DNA of 62,921 nt, the filler included, from Rhabdomonas costata (Eukaryota), in NCBI GenBank assembly GCA_019059605.1. It is 28 parts of 28 records of this genome, joined end to end, with 100 filler letters (N's around TTAATTAATTAA, not from the genome) between each part and the next. Parts side by side here need not be neighbours in the genome. Positions count along the whole stretch, not along the records: positions 13,514 to 15,665 come from JAHMHO010005237.1; positions 15,766 to 17,916 come from JAHMHO010005238.1; positions 18,017 to 20,167 come from JAHMHO010005239.1; positions 20,268 to 22,419 come from JAHMHO010005240.1; positions 22,520 to 24,670 come from JAHMHO010005241.1; positions 24,771 to 26,921 come from JAHMHO010005242.1; positions 27,022 to 29,172 come from JAHMHO010005243.1; 21 more parts are not named here. One strand, written 5' to 3'. Position 1 is the first letter of the stretch; each line of letters begins with the position of its first letter. Position numbers and translations under genes: made by a program. Shown here one piece after another: positions 13,776-27,598 of the stretch. The notes below the pieces were generated by a model, which was not told where the DNA came from, made no database searches, and was given only the letters and a program-made list of their open reading frames with translations.

Positions 13776-15502
13776 CTAAAGCTTGAAGGGGATCTCCAGA
13801 CCTCTGGGGTACCGCTGAATCACGGCCTGAAGGCTGGCCACCACCTCGTTTTGTGACGAAGTTGGGGCGCGCAGCACGGGCCCTTGTGGCGCAGCCCCCG
13901 CCGGGCCTTCCGTGGCACCGCCACTGGTTTTGCTACTGCTGCCTTTGCTGGTGCACGACTGGCGGCGGCGATCGGGGTCCGGATTCAAGGGGTTCCCCGC
14001 TCCACCGCTGAAGACGGCAGGGGGAGGCAATTCCGCAGAGGCAGTGGGAGACAGCGATATGGGCGGCGCTGGGATACTTGGGACCGGAGGGAGGGAGGCC
14101 TTGCAGCTGTGGACGTATACCTCGAAGAGTGCCTGCAACCTTTGGTGGATATCCTCGGGGTTGTTCCGGGCTTGCTCAGCGGCAGGTATCCCAACAGCTG
14201 TGGTTTGCCTCTGGAGCTCGTACATCCACTCCTGCGGATGGGAGTGGGGGGTGGCGTGCAACTGAGCGCTGGCAAATGCAACACTTGGGATGAAATGTGC
14301 GCACGACACGATTCCGATGCATTGCCAGGAAAGAGGTGGCTAAAAGTGATGCAGGGGTTACGCGACCTGTTTCGGATGCATTGCTACAAAAAATGGCGGT
14401 AGCTATGTGTCCTGATTTGAGAGGTGAAACCTTGCTCTGTCCTTGTCGCAGAGGAGCATTATCGCAAACCAGGAGTGAGAGGCGCAGTTCACATACCTCT
14501 CCAGCCCCTGCGCTGCGCTCGCCGTACTCGTGGGTCGGGCAGAAGCAGGCCAACACCTTGGGCCCAGGGTACCTCAGGACCAGGGCCGGTCGGCAGTGAA
14601 TGCTGCACTCCACCTTTGTGTGAAGGGAAGCGGTGCGTGGAAGCGTGCTCAATCGGAGAAATACACGGGGGACGTACCTTCATCACAGCAGCGGACAAAG
14701 TATACAGCACTCGCAGGCTGTTCATGCAAAAAATGTGACTTTCTGCACAGCCCATCTGAGATCAAAGTTCTAACCCGAGCGAGGTGACCCGTTTGATGCC
14801 GTAAAGGGAGCCAAATAAGGAACCGACAAAGCTGCATGATCAAGTCTCGACAAACTGCAACTGCAGCAGCTAAAAATGCATCAGGGTGAGGAACCGCCTA
14901 AAACGAAAACCCCGCAACCCGCCTGTTTTCACAATCACAGACCGGACTAGCCACACAAAACAAAACCCAACAATAGAACCACGGCACAAAAAACGAATTG
15001 AGAAAACTCGTACCTGCCTCGCTACTGCTTCCGTCACAAGAATAGGTTCCCGGGCCGCCTTGCAGCCCACCTTCTGCAGCGCCACCGCAAGGCCCACAGC
15101 CTCCCCAACAACAACAAACCACTTCACCGCGTCGCTGCCCATGTTCCCAAAGGTCACCGTGGAGCTCGCCACCCCGACCCGAAGCCCCAGGCTCTGCTGA
15201 GGTGCTGACCAGGACAAGCTCTGACGGGCCGCCTCCACTGGCGACGCTCCCGAGTGCCTACTCTTGGCTAAGGGTAGGGGAAGAGATCCCGCGCCGCACA
15301 CCGAGGGGAGCCGGTGGTCATGAGCCCAGGCCCACACCACGGCCAGAGCACACCGCACGGCGTGGTACTCAGCCCGGGAGCACCGCCGGGGGACGTTCCA
15401 TAGGCAGAACGCCCGGTCCCCAACGACCTTGTCCAGCAAGCCCTTGCACTCCGTGATGTTGTTGTGGAGGATAGTAATGTAGCGGTGGTGCTCGAGAACA
15501 AT
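13776..15502 (-). CDS. Class III adenylate/guanylate cyclase-like domain protein, C-terminal 3 exons
   Basis: Exon 15502-15014 (KGLLDKVVGDRAFCLWN...LRVGVASSTVTFGNMGS...VGEAVGLAVALQ...ILVTEAV), exon 14613-14497 (VECSIHCRP...) and an exon from 14231 (EWMYELQ..., Pro-rich tail). Joins are phase-0 GT-AG; the 3' end is uncertain. Confidence 0.85.
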
Positions 15503-16754
15503 CTGGTCCAATCAGGAAAATACAACAGGCATAAAACCCGGTCTGCCGAAGATGTCAGGCCACAACCAAAAAAAACATAGGACATTCCATCTCACGCCCA
15601 CATACAGAACACCTCGTCTGAGTGCAAGTCCACTTTCTCTTACACAGCCGAAAGGCAAAAACCCCNNNNNNNNNNNNNNNNNNNNNNNNNNNNNNNNNNN
15701 NNNNNNNNNTTAATTAATTAANNNNNNNNNNNNNNNNNNNNNNNNNNNNNNNNNNNNNNNNNNNNTGTGTTGTGGTGTCCAAGGGTTTGTGGGGAAGAAT
15801 AGCGCTCTGTGCAACCGAAAACAGAAGAACCTCCTCTTGAACATTCTCGCTGGTGGTGGTGGTGGGGGAGGAGAAGTTTGTTCTTTGAACCGTACAGGGA
15901 GCCTTTTTTGTTTGACTTGATGTTGTGCACCGGGGAAAATTCCGCTCATGTTCCAGCTCACGGAAGTGCAGAGGCAACACGCAGATTGCCATGCCACCTC
16001 AAAAAGCCAAAATAAAGATTTCGGTTTTACAGAGGGTTAAGGATAGCAAACATGTCTTCCTGAAAACCTAGATTGCACGGTTCCTTCTTTTGTATTCGAA
16101 TCGCCATTGCTTGGTTTTCCTTTTGAGGGGACGAGCATGTCCACCTGCAGCCACCTCTTCAGAGACAGAGACGGCAGCTTGCTCTTTCATCACGTCCTCG
16201 ACATCATCTGCTGTGGTTCCAACGCCACCTGAGAAGATCACAAGAATATTCCTCCCAACTGGTCCGAGTTGCAGTCTTTTCTTCATCCAGAGACTCCTGC
16301 AGTGGATAAATGGGGGATCCAGGCAATGGTTGGTTAAAAAAAAACACGGTTTATTGGCCTTTGGTGTGTGTCGAAAACCAGAGTGAGCATTTCGGAATTT
16401 ATGAGCGTGAACACACAGGCAGCACCAGTATCCAGTCACTTGTTCTTCAAGCACATTCACACGAAAAAAAAAAACAGAGCAAAAATTGCGCACCCTCCAG
16501 CACCTGTACTTTCAGCCGCTGGGAGGACCGGAGAGGGCTCCGGAGCAGGCTCCTTTTTCTTCTCATCAGCTGCGGAATGCATGCAAAGAATATATATATA
16601 ACAGGGCATGCAAAATGCGCCCTTATGCGCGGCTTACCTCCCGCCCCGCCCACTTCAACGCTCTCGCGTGGTATACGTTCTGCCAGTGCACGAAACCCGG
16701 TATCCATTTTGGGTTGATACACGCCAAATACCCGTACGAACCATATCTGGTACC

Positions 16755-16800
16755 GTAGATGCTTTTGTAGATACTTTTGTGAATGTTTTTGTAGATATTT
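16755..16800. repeat. Degenerate 12-bp tandem repeat
   Basis: gtagatgctttt gtagatactttt gtgaatgttttt gtagatattt. Confidence 0.6.
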
Positions 16801-18395
16801 CCCGCCATATCTCGATTTGAGCCGCACCTCCTACTTCTCGACATTGGCCTCCGTTCTTGTTTTCGCGCGGTGTTGTTATCCCCACTTTCACAGGTCTTTC
16901 AGGGAAGGGCGCTGGTGATCAGCTGATTTACCTGGTGCCCAACCAAATGAAGCTTCTCCAATGACGGAGCTTCGGATGAGCGGGCAGCAGCAGTGACACA
17001 ATTCAAGATACAGGTATTTCATCACATGCACCCCCAGATTCGATTTGCAAGTCATTGAAATCCTAACATCAGTTGTGCCCGGGAGTGGGGGAGAAGGCAC
17101 AAGGATGGCAACCTTCTTTCTCAACTCGTGCGGTCCGGACATCTACGCGACCTTCGCGGAGTATCTCTTCAACATCCCGGAACACCCCTCGGTCACTGAG
17201 GCAGAGAACTTTAGGCTTTCCCTGAGCATAGGAAGCACGACAACACAGCCAAAACCATCAAAACCAAAGTCATATCAGAGCTTTTTGTGGAAAAAGACCG
17301 TTATGCGTGCGCAGCAGAATGAGCAAATGTTGGGTAATAAATGAAAATGCATGCAACATAATTGCAACAGCTGAAACGCATGTCCAGTGGAGCCAACTTG
17401 GCCCACCACTGCTTTTCCTCACGGCAAACAAATCCAACACCGCAGTGCTCCTAGAAATAATGCGGATGCCGCTCTTCGAGCCGTTCGGAAAGGGAACTCT
17501 TTCTATCCTCCGCACTCTTGGCGCATCGCATCGCATTTCCCTTATCCGAACCCCTGCCCTCAACCTCCTAAACTATCTGGAGGCTTTTCCCTGCTGTGTT
17601 GATTGTGCCGTGCCTTCCGGTGCCATGTTTTCCAATATTTTGCTGGCGAGAAGGAGGGTGTCAAGTTAAGCCAGCTTCTTCTTAAAAGTCGTTCCGGAGA
17701 AGCATGGAGCTCTCGACCCACACACAGAGTGAAGAGTTTTTCCGACAACTTTCTGGCGAGAAGGAGAATAGGAGAAGGATGAGCTAACTTCTTAACCCCG
17801 CCCCCACGCTCGTTTGCGCTCTTTCAGGGCAGCAGTCGCCTGCATACCAGGCTCAAGTTCTTCTTCGGAAAGATCACCACGCACCGGGCCCGGACGTCAA
17901 CGTCAGACACCCCCCCNNNNNNNNNNNNNNNNNNNNNNNNNNNNNNNNNNNNNNNNNNNNTTAATTAATTAANNNNNNNNNNNNNNNNNNNNNNNNNNNN
18001 NNNNNNNNNNNNNNNNGGGTGTGTGGACCTCCCGAAGGTGGCACCCGACCTCTCCGGAGCCCTTTATCCCGATCGCTCCGCAGACAGTCTGGGAGGCCTA
18101 CGATGAGGTCTGGTGAATGTGTGTTGTTGTGCAGCTCAGTGGGCCAGCTCAATTGTTACCACAATCTCACAATCCCAGTTTCTCGTGAACTTGGTTTTTG
18201 TATTTTTGGCTTGCGTTTCTGGTTTTCGTCCCGACTGCCTTAAAACTGCAATAAATCACGATTGGTCAATTGATCATCTCGCCAGATCACCCTTTTTGGG
18301 TTAAAATAGTGATGAAGGCAAACTGACAGATTTATTTCAAGTCTAGATGAGTTTTTGGGTTGGACTGTTTTCTTGTCTGTCTTTGGTCCCCGCAG

Positions 18396-20167
18396 CTCTT
18401 CAGTACCCTGCTGGCACCGGGCTTTTCCCCCTTGCTGGTGTATCACCGTGGCAGAGAACTGGAGGAGGATAAACTCAACGGCTGGGGTGGTGGGCGTGAG
18501 TCGCTGTGGCTCACACCCAATGTACAGTTTGAGTCTCGGTTCGAGTGCGGCAACCTGGGTCAGGCCTACCGTGTAGGGGATCGACAATATGAGCTTGTGC
18601 TGCAGGCCGATACGAACTCCCCAGGACACGTAGGTGTGTATGATGCGAGGGGAGGCTGCCGCCCTTGTTGCTGGCTTAATTTTGCAGGTATGGGACCCTC
18701 ATGACTTTGGCTGGGCGAAATTCGCGTCCTTTCGTCTGCAATTTACATCAAGAGCTTCATCACTGACTTATGAGATTCGAGCAAACATGGTTATGTGGCT
18801 TGAGCGCAGGAGCCGCGTAAAGATCCCCCCCCCAATGTTGACTGAAAACTGGAGGACTGTACCAAGCCGCTCATGTTCCTTGCACCAACGATGAACTTCT
18901 CAGCAGCCGCGACGCTCCTCTGGGTGTGTTTTAATCGCGGTTGGTGGATTCGCCCAGCTCTATACTATGACGGCTAATTGAAGGACTCCGGCAATTGTTT
19001 ACTTTCCCGAGAGGCGTACTTTTTCCAAGTATTCCACGGCTACCGCTGTACGCTTTTGTCGCATTTTTGACAGGACAGTGGTTCTTTTTCAGCGTCTCTG
19101 GGATGCTTCCGGGGGAGCCCTACAGCTTCTCCGTGGTAAACATGGGCAAGGCATGCCTCTCTCCATTCGACACCTCTCAATTCACACTCCGCGAACTCTT
19201 CATGTACGTGGCTTTGTACTGAACCGCTGCTGAATTGTTGTTTTGCTACTTATGCTGTGACCTTCAGCCTACTGAAAGGCATATTGTATCAGCCCTTTTT
19301 GACTGTGGCTTTTCATGCCTGTTTTGCAGTGAACTATACTTCTCTTCCGTGTGCGGGCTTACCTTTTTTTTTTACGTGGTTTAGATGATTAATGGCATAA
19401 CCGGGGCATGGGGACTTTGTTCAAAAAAAATTCCGTGAGTCTTTTGCACTGAAGTCGCCTCATCCCTCCCCCCCCCCTCCGCACCGTATCGCAGTATGCA
19501 AAGTTGCACACAGACGCACCTCATCTTTCTTCATGTTTGGTGTTCTTGATTCCAGGGCTTTGGTTGGTCCGTCGCCATTGCCACTCTTCTTTCCTGCCAC
19601 TCTCCTGGGGCCTTTCCCAATTCAGTTCAGTGTTCTGTGCAGGTCTTCTGGGTCGTCACGTCTCTGTGTTACAGGCGGACTCCCAGATGCGTAAGTACAG
19701 TTAAAACTCTGGCCCTAGCTATGCCCCCCTACGAGAACGCTTTTTGCAGCGACAATGAGTCGCCTTATTGACTCTTTCTTCTTCTTTTCATTCTTTGCAC
19801 TCGCTTGTCCTTCTCCCCCTATCTTTTTGCCTTACCCTAGCTGGGCACGCTGTTTATGCAAGGACACCGCCCTGTGGGATTCTCCGTGCAAGCTTCAAGA
19901 ATCTCAGGCATCGGTTGGAGCCGAAGCTACCTCCAGGTTGCTGCCCACCCTCCTGCTCAGTGCATAGCAACGCCTCAAAGCGCCTCTTGAGAGGCTCTCT
20001 GGCAGCAGTCCCGTTGCGACGTTGTTTTGTGACGGATTCCTCTTCGGTGTGCCGGACAATTGTATGCTATTCATCTTTCTCTCCATCTCTCTATATTTTT
20101 CACCGCAGAGCGTGTGCTACTTCAGGAACTCTTATACGAAGCACCACCTGCGCAAGCCCACAAAACC
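18396..20167 (+). CDS. Cytosolic carboxypeptidase (CCP/AGBL/Nna1, M14D tubulin deglutamylase), N-domain fragment, 4 exons
   Basis: Exons: 18396-18633 (FESRFECGNL...YELVLQADTN), 19074-19150 (QWFFFSVSGM...FSVVNMGK), 19841-19936 (LGTLFMQGHRPVGFS...GIGWSR) and 20109-end (SVCYFRN). The FESGNL-type motif and the motif order match CCPs. Intron 19151-19840 is GC-AG. Confidence 0.92.
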
Positions 20168-22519
20168 NNNNNNNNNNNNNNNNNNNNNNNNNNNNNNNNN
20201 NNNNNNNNNNNTTAATTAATTAANNNNNNNNNNNNNNNNNNNNNNNNNNNNNNNNNNNNNNNNNNNNAACAAATAGCACAGAGAAATATGCACTGTGGGA
20301 GATACCGAGCAAAAGATCGACCGAAAATGGAACCTTCAACCAAAGGCAGAATTGCAAAACCCAGTCACTGCCAACTTCCGCGATGCAACACAAAACAAAC
20401 CTCAACAATGGTGATGTCTTCAATGGGCAGTGGGGCCTTTGAACACAGCGGGGAGATGGGGCGGGGAGCAACACGTCACCCAGCACCGTTGCATCATTGG
20501 TTTGAACCCCCCGCGCATTTCAGAATGATGGAATCAGACCGGGTGCATTGAAAAAGTCCCTTTCGGCATTCCATCGTTACATTCGGAGGGGGGGAGGTAG
20601 GTGGGCCTTGGGTCTTGTACCGCACTGCAGTTTTCATCTGGGCTGGGCTGTCTGTTTGACTGATTCCAGAGCGTCTTATTGTTTCAACGCCCCTTCCACC
20701 TGTGGCTGCACTAGCAACACACGATCCCCCATCATAAACAAGCCGCAAAGACATGCAAAAGATGTGACAGGTGGGTTTGAGAGAGTGACTGGATGGGTCG
20801 GAATAATTCAGCCAAGAAACAACGTGCACTGGGAACATCGCCAACCACACAAAAGCCAGAATAATGCGAAAGACTACCAAAATACCGTTCTTTTTTGTGT
20901 GGCCGCCGTCTTACTGAAGAAAGTAGAGAGGATGAATGGTGCAAAGTTCTGGCGGGAGAAGATTCTTCGGAATGGAGAGTAGCGTTTCGCTTTCTATGAA
21001 ACCAATTGCTATGGAAAGATATTCGCGAAATACACAACTGCTCGCGAACAACAAATATGCAGACATTCAGACATGCACAGACAATTTGCAAGTCCGGGAC
21101 ACAGTTAATACCCACAAGGTACGTAGTCCGTACAAAAGAGATGGGCTCAGGCCGTTTCTTCGGCGGTGGAGTCATCATCGGAATCCTGTTCCGCTGTAGC
21201 GCCAGAGGGACCTGCTGTGCTGCTGTCGAGCTGATCCTGGACCAAAGAGGGACAGAAGTAGCCATCAAACACAAAAATGTTGACACAAAAAAACGGGATT
21301 ATTGACATACTATATTCAAAAAAAAAGCAGATTGAACATACGTAGCTTTGGATTGTTGGTGTTTGTGCAGACATCCTAAAGTCCCAAACTGAGTATGATG
21401 CACTACAAACTCTGCGTCGGCGTTCAACTCATTCCTGCACTGTGCATGGGTTGAGGTTAAAACAGCCTTCGGCTCCAAACGGTTACCTGACCTCCCAGCA
21501 AGTGTTTCGTATTGCCTAGAGTGTGACTTCATTGTCTGCATTGTGTAAATGGGTATTGTTTTTGTGCAGCGAACCATAACTGATCTCACATTTTCAAGAC
21601 GCACCTCTCCCTCTCCCATCTAATGTCGTTGAAAAACCCTATGTGTGCGGCCCCTTCAGCTGTGCGCTGCAGCTTAACTTGGGTAAAACTGAAGTGCTTC
21701 GAGAAAGTAAATGGCGTACCCCTGATCTTCACAGAAAGCAACCCATTTCCAAAAAACACAAGCAGCGCCTAAAAAGTACACGGCAAAGGGAAGAAAGGGG
21801 GACAAAACGACCTTGTCTGAGTCTTTGGGTGCTTTCTTTGCCTTGATCGCCGCAGAAACCTAAACCAAGCCATGAAGAAGAGTGGTGTTTTAAAAGGACT
21901 GAACTCTCCCCGATGTTGTGGTTAAAACGCAAGCAGGCAAGTAAGTGGCATCCTAAACGCTGCGATCCTTTGAGCAGGAATGGCGAGGAAGTGGAGCAGA
22001 ATACAGGACGCCCCCTTTTGCACCATTCCGGCACCAGACACACCACTCGGTACTCAGCGAACATCACCGCCACCTCGGGGTGTTCTCGAACGTCCTTCGC
22101 GGAAGGCTGCTGGCAGTGCTCCTCAGTCCAGCTGAACAAAAGCGCCGGCAAGCGTGCATTCGGTCGCAGGCGAGGCAGACGCATCCAGAACATAAATTGC
22201 ACCACGCCAATTTAAGTGCAAGATACATGGATGCACTTCAGAGGTGATATGTTCTAGTAAAACTGCTGAATCGCAACAGCACATCTTTCAGGCGAAACAA
22301 TCCCGGAGACGTCAGAATAGTACATGTTACCTCCAGCTGCCCGAATATCGAAAAAGAAAAATTCCTGAAAACCTTTCCTGTATATGACCTTGCACCAAAA
22401 CGAGACACTGCTTACCTTTNNNNNNNNNNNNNNNNNNNNNNNNNNNNNNNNNNNNNNNNNNNNTTAATTAATTAANNNNNNNNNNNNNNNNNNNNNNNNN
22501 NNNNNNNNNNNNNNNNNNN

Positions 22520-24670
22520 TCTTTTAAAAGCCACCTGGAAGCAACTTTAAGCTTATAAATGAGTTTGCACCGACATTACGAGTCTGAAAAATATAGTTTG
22601 GAATTCGGTTTCCCTGACAAACTCCTAGTTAATGAAAGTGCCACAAACCTACTATGCTACGATGCAACGACTGGACAGCCGAAAACCAATAACAGGCTAT
22701 AAGAAGACTAATAGGTCCAATACTTAGCAAGAAATAGCCACTAAATTATCCACAAACTTTACAATTGGATGATACTCCTCCATTAAACCAGGTGAAAATA
22801 TTGAGCACACATCGCGCCAATGTGATATAGCCGTGTGTGCAGCGTTCCGTAGAATTGAAACTCTGGCACAATGTGCCACTTGTGTGGAATACCAAGCGGC
22901 TTGACAATGTATTTAGGCCCACCTGGTTCTTATGAGAGAGTTAATTCCAGCGCAAAATCTGCGCCTTTTGATCCTGCGTATGTGTTGGTGTTTGGATTCC
23001 AGATGGAGGCTCTGTGTAAACAATGTTGGTAGTTATGTTTGCTGCCTTTTGTGTCTTTGCCCTTACGTGCCACAAGGCGCTAAAGATATGCGAAAACACG
23101 GCGTGAAGCCAAAAAATGGTTTCCTTACACTTGTGTGCGTCTTTAAATAGGTGTTTACTGATTTTTGAAGAAATTGAATTATAGAATTTTGTTTTGAAGT
23201 CCACGCTCACACATCTTCTCAAAGTCAACGAAAAGATTTGCAGTAGACATATCAATACAAACGTTGATGGCGTGCTTGCTGTTTCCACTATGTCTGTTTT
23301 AAACGCAGTCTTACGAGGGTTTTTACCTATCAATGCACCGCTAACAAAGCTTATGTAGAAACAGGGGTTTTTGGAGCCGCGTCAATTGCAAAATCCAACT
23401 ATGGATGTGTGAAACACAGTGCGCCATAATTGCAAACAAAACACCGTATCACCCAATATTACCTACGCACGTGTCTTAGGTGGAAACGTAGCAGTTATTG
23501 TAGCGATATTCATAAACTTTTCACCACTTATCTTATTCTACGTATGTAGTAAGCAGCTGCACTAATTCATTGCATTAATTAGTGGTACTCCCACTTAATC
23601 CTCCACCACATTTTCTAACTGTGCACAATTATTAGACACTTTTGCTCCAAAATGCCTCCACAAAACAGCTTTTTGACGTTATAACAGTTTATTGCGGAAT
23701 ACAAACTCACGGATTAAGCCCACAGTAATGCGATGAAATATCATAAAAAACAACTTAAACTTAAAAACACCTAAACGTCATTATTATATGTAAAAGACAA
23801 ACGGGAACACACGAAACGTACACAAAAGGTATTATTTTTTACGTTTCTGATTGCAGTGATTGTCGTGACAACGTTACTTTTTTGATCCCGCTCACAAAAT
23901 ACCAGCATCAGCGATAGTCTGCGCTCTTGAAGATTGTATGTCCTTCTGAGACAAAACCATATGCACTTGGGGTATGAGTACGACGAAAACAAGTGAAGTG
24001 AAAATCCACGCCGTATCGAATTGAAACCATAATTGTAATGCGTGAACAATACATCAGCTACAATTGTGTACCAATTAATTTAGATAACTCATGAACACCT
24101 AATCGTAAATCCAAATCACAAAATACCAAGTCTCTCCTCAATGCTTTATGTCAAGAAGAAGATAAGCGAGAATGAAAACAAAGTTGATAACACAACAAAA
24201 GTCCACGCCACAATGTTTCGTGTAACATGCAACATGATATTGTAATGTACAACCGATTTAAATTCTTTTTTTAGGTAGCAAAAGACACAAAACAGTGCTC
24301 AACGTTGAGAGTTTGTGACACAAAGTCACAGATATGATATGATCATTTATTAATTGATACCGCGTCCTTGACAATGATTATTTACTAATTTACTCATTCA
24401 AATCACAGTATAGCAAATCATAGTATAGTCCTTATTAAAGCTGCCTTGATTCACGGTTTGTAGTAGAGTACGGTCCTTGCATTCGCATTTAATTTCACAG
24501 CCGGCATCTATGAGCATCAGTTGTGAGGATTGCGTAGAGTTTTGGCTGTTGATGTAGCAAAGTTTCTATGTCTGTGCTTGTACTGAGTGGTATGTTTTTA
24601 GTTGTATTTAATTTTGCGTGGAACGTTTTGCGTGCGTATTTTGTGTAAACGTTTTCGTGAACCCAAAACC
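22520..24670. other. AT-rich contig without recognisable genes
   Basis: Visibly richer in A+T than its neighbours, ORF-poor, and without the GC-rich exon blocks seen elsewhere. Confidence 0.7.
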
Positions 24671-25218
24671 NNNNNNNNNNNNNNNNNNNNNNNNNNNNNN
24701 NNNNNNNNNNNNNNTTAATTAATTAANNNNNNNNNNNNNNNNNNNNNNNNNNNNNNNNNNNNNNNNNNNNCTAGCCGGTCTTTGTCCCGCACCGATCGGC
24801 CCAAAATTGTCCCAAAGATGGATCACTTGGATCCAAACCTGCCCAGCAAAAACACCACCATGCAATCAAAATTGATGGCAAAGAAATAGAATTACACTAC
24901 CTTCCACTTATATTCCCTTGGTAGAGAGATAAAGCCCGGTTCGGGCACGCTTGTGATGAGACTTTTTCATACATAATATCTTAGACCGTCCTCTGATAGC
25001 ATCAGCATGTCTCGAAGCAGGGCAGCATACGAAACTGCCACACCACGGACGAGTTACAGCAAACAAGAGCACCCACTCTTCAGTTATTACACCAACGCCA
25101 AAGAAACATGACCCAGAGGCATCCTCGATTCTCAAACGAGGTCCTTCCAGCAACACTACATCACTAAGGTTTTCTCCACTGTACACAGAATGAAAGAAGG
25201 CACACTTCCTCCCAGCGT

Positions 25219-26338
25219 CTAAGTGAGAAGGGTGCTGAGGGCCACCGTTTTTCGGGGAAGCTTCAGCAGAGAGGCAGTGACCAGCGCCGCCCCAAAGGAA
25301 AGCCCACCAAGCATGGCAGCGTAAAAGTAGCTTGAGGTGAGATCGACCACCCACCCCGTCACCACGGGGCCCACAAGGCTCCCGATTCCAAAGCCCCTGT
25401 TCAAGGGTGAGTGCCCACAACGGATTTCCCCGCTTCCGTCGCTGAGTTCAGCCTCATCAGTAAAATTATTGAGCAAGCTCTACCGTGTGAGTTTTGTATT
25501 TCGGTAAAGAAAGAACTACATAAGCTGAGGCCAACGCAACATTTCTTCTCAGCACTCAAACCAAGGGTCAGTGTCACATAATTGAGGTGGCAATGCTCAC
25601 TGACCGAGGCATAATCACCGCACTACCCGATCAGTACACCCGGCGAGAGCGACCCAGTCAGGAAATGAACATTAGGGTGTCTCTCCAAGGCAGCAAAACG
25701 TACGTGTAAATTAGCGACAGGGCGCTGGCGAACTTCTCCGGGGGAAACTGCTCTGCGGCCAGCGCAGGGTAGCATGTCACACAGCCCCCGTTGAAAAACC
25801 CGCACACCGCGGCAAACGCGAAGATGGTCCACAACGATCCACACAGCGGCCACAAGCATAGCATCAGCCCTATGGAAAAGAAAGTATCCCTGGCACCACC
25901 ACCACCTCTCCTCGAAGGCTTCCACACAAACACACACGCTGTGAGATCAAAGGCAACGGAAAATAACCATTGCGAATCTGAACTCTTCCCACATGGAAGG
26001 AACATTGTCTCGTCACTTCTGAACCATTTCGTCTCCGAAGACTACTCCACCAGCTCCCCGTGCTCTTGTGCTCTTGTCAGACTTTCATTTTCAAAAGCTC
26101 ACTCATCCCTCCCCGAAGATGTTTTCATGGTTGTGTGTGATGATGAGAGGAACGGACACTCCCTTAATTGGGCTTGAGGCCAAAGCGGCCGGCGGCAAAG
26201 CAACTGTTGAGGATTTCCTTCAATCAAAACAAGGGCCCACGCGCTGACCTGAGACGCCGTGGCACAGCCGAAACACGGCCATGTTGCCAACGCGGTCCGC
26301 AGCGGTGCCCCACAGGATGTTTCCCAATGTCGTGAACA
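25219..26338 (-). CDS. MFS transporter, monocarboxylate (MCT/SLC16)-like, C-terminal 3 exons
   Basis: Exons: 26338-26249 (LGNILWGTAADRVG, MFS motif-A type), 25869-25704 (FAAVCGFFNGG...PALAAEQF...FASALSL) and 25396-25219 (GIGSLVGPVVTGWVVDLTSSY...*). Phases 1/2 are consistent. Confidence 0.88.
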
Positions 26339-27598
26339 CTGCGGGAAATAGAGAAAAATATCTCCCGTCTTGTATTCTCTGAGTGCGGCGGAGGGGAAAG
26401 GGGAAAGCGGGAATCGGACTTGTCTGAAACATGTGGAATAACCGAGATTTTTAGCTCCGGAAGGAAGAAAAGGAGGAGCGCTGCCTCCATGCTGTGTGTT
26501 TCTAAGCATGTGCGTGTATGTGTGTGCACCAAAACGTGCCTCATGCCTCGACCATGGCATGTGCGGAACGCGCTAGAAAGCTCTGAATCTATCTCATACG
26601 AAATTTTTTAACTTCTGATATGAACGCTGGCAGTGATCATTCCATCGCTTTTGCTCTTGGAAGCGGCCTGCAATGGCCAAAGCCATGGAATGCGATGTAA
26701 TGAATGACACACCAGCGAGTCCGTTCAAAGGCCACCTGCTGGTCGGCTGGTCGGCAAACAAATCAAAAGCAGGACGAAATAAAAGCTAGGGCGGGGTGAC
26801 GATACTGAGACACATACACGGCCCGCCATGGTGGGTATTGTTGAGAGGTTGTAGGCAATGAAAAGGGGTAATGGAACCAAAGGATGCGCAGGAAAGCTAT
26901 AAGATAAGCACCACACCACCCNNNNNNNNNNNNNNNNNNNNNNNNNNNNNNNNNNNNNNNNNNNNTTAATTAATTAANNNNNNNNNNNNNNNNNNNNNNN
27001 NNNNNNNNNNNNNNNNNNNNNGGTTTTTGGGTAGTAAAATTGTCTTCCAGGGTGAACTTCAACTTAGAATTGCTTCCCTTACGTTCAAAGCGCCACGCTG
27101 TGGTGTCCGTTTCTTTCAATTTACGGATGTATTTCAGATGTCTGGGTGAGTCTGCCTGTGTTTTTTCGCCTCTCACTGTTGACCTGGCACAGGCCTTACA
27201 CACATATTTCCCTAATTTCCGCTCACCCGTTGGGATGGTTCCTTTTTATTCATTTGTTTGCTTCTTCGGTTCCTCGTCCACTTTTCCATCAATGACATGT
27301 GCTCACATGCTGACATGTGAGTTTTCCGGCTGGCCTTTGTCAAGTCTTTGAATTGGGAGGCAGAGGGGACTGAAAAAACTTAAAAGCAGCGACACATCCT
27401 GAAAAATGGATGACAAGAGAAGGAAAGAGATACCGCGCTGCTGATGCTCACTGGGAGGTCCGCTTGGCGATTGTTGTGTGCTTGGGCTCGTGTGAAGGAG
27501 AACAAGTGGTGCCCACTCCCGAAACAATCGTGTTCCTCCCTGCCTGGCGCGAGCCTGCGATCGCTATTTTCCTATGGGTTTTCCTGCCACTCTCGCAG

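Noticed and set aside
19675..19860. Euglenid non-conventional intron in CCP bounded by ATGC direct repeats
   Set aside because: The conventional acceptor at 19840 gives K-LGTLFMQGHRP, which matches family spacing better, and the 5' CAG pairing signature is absent.
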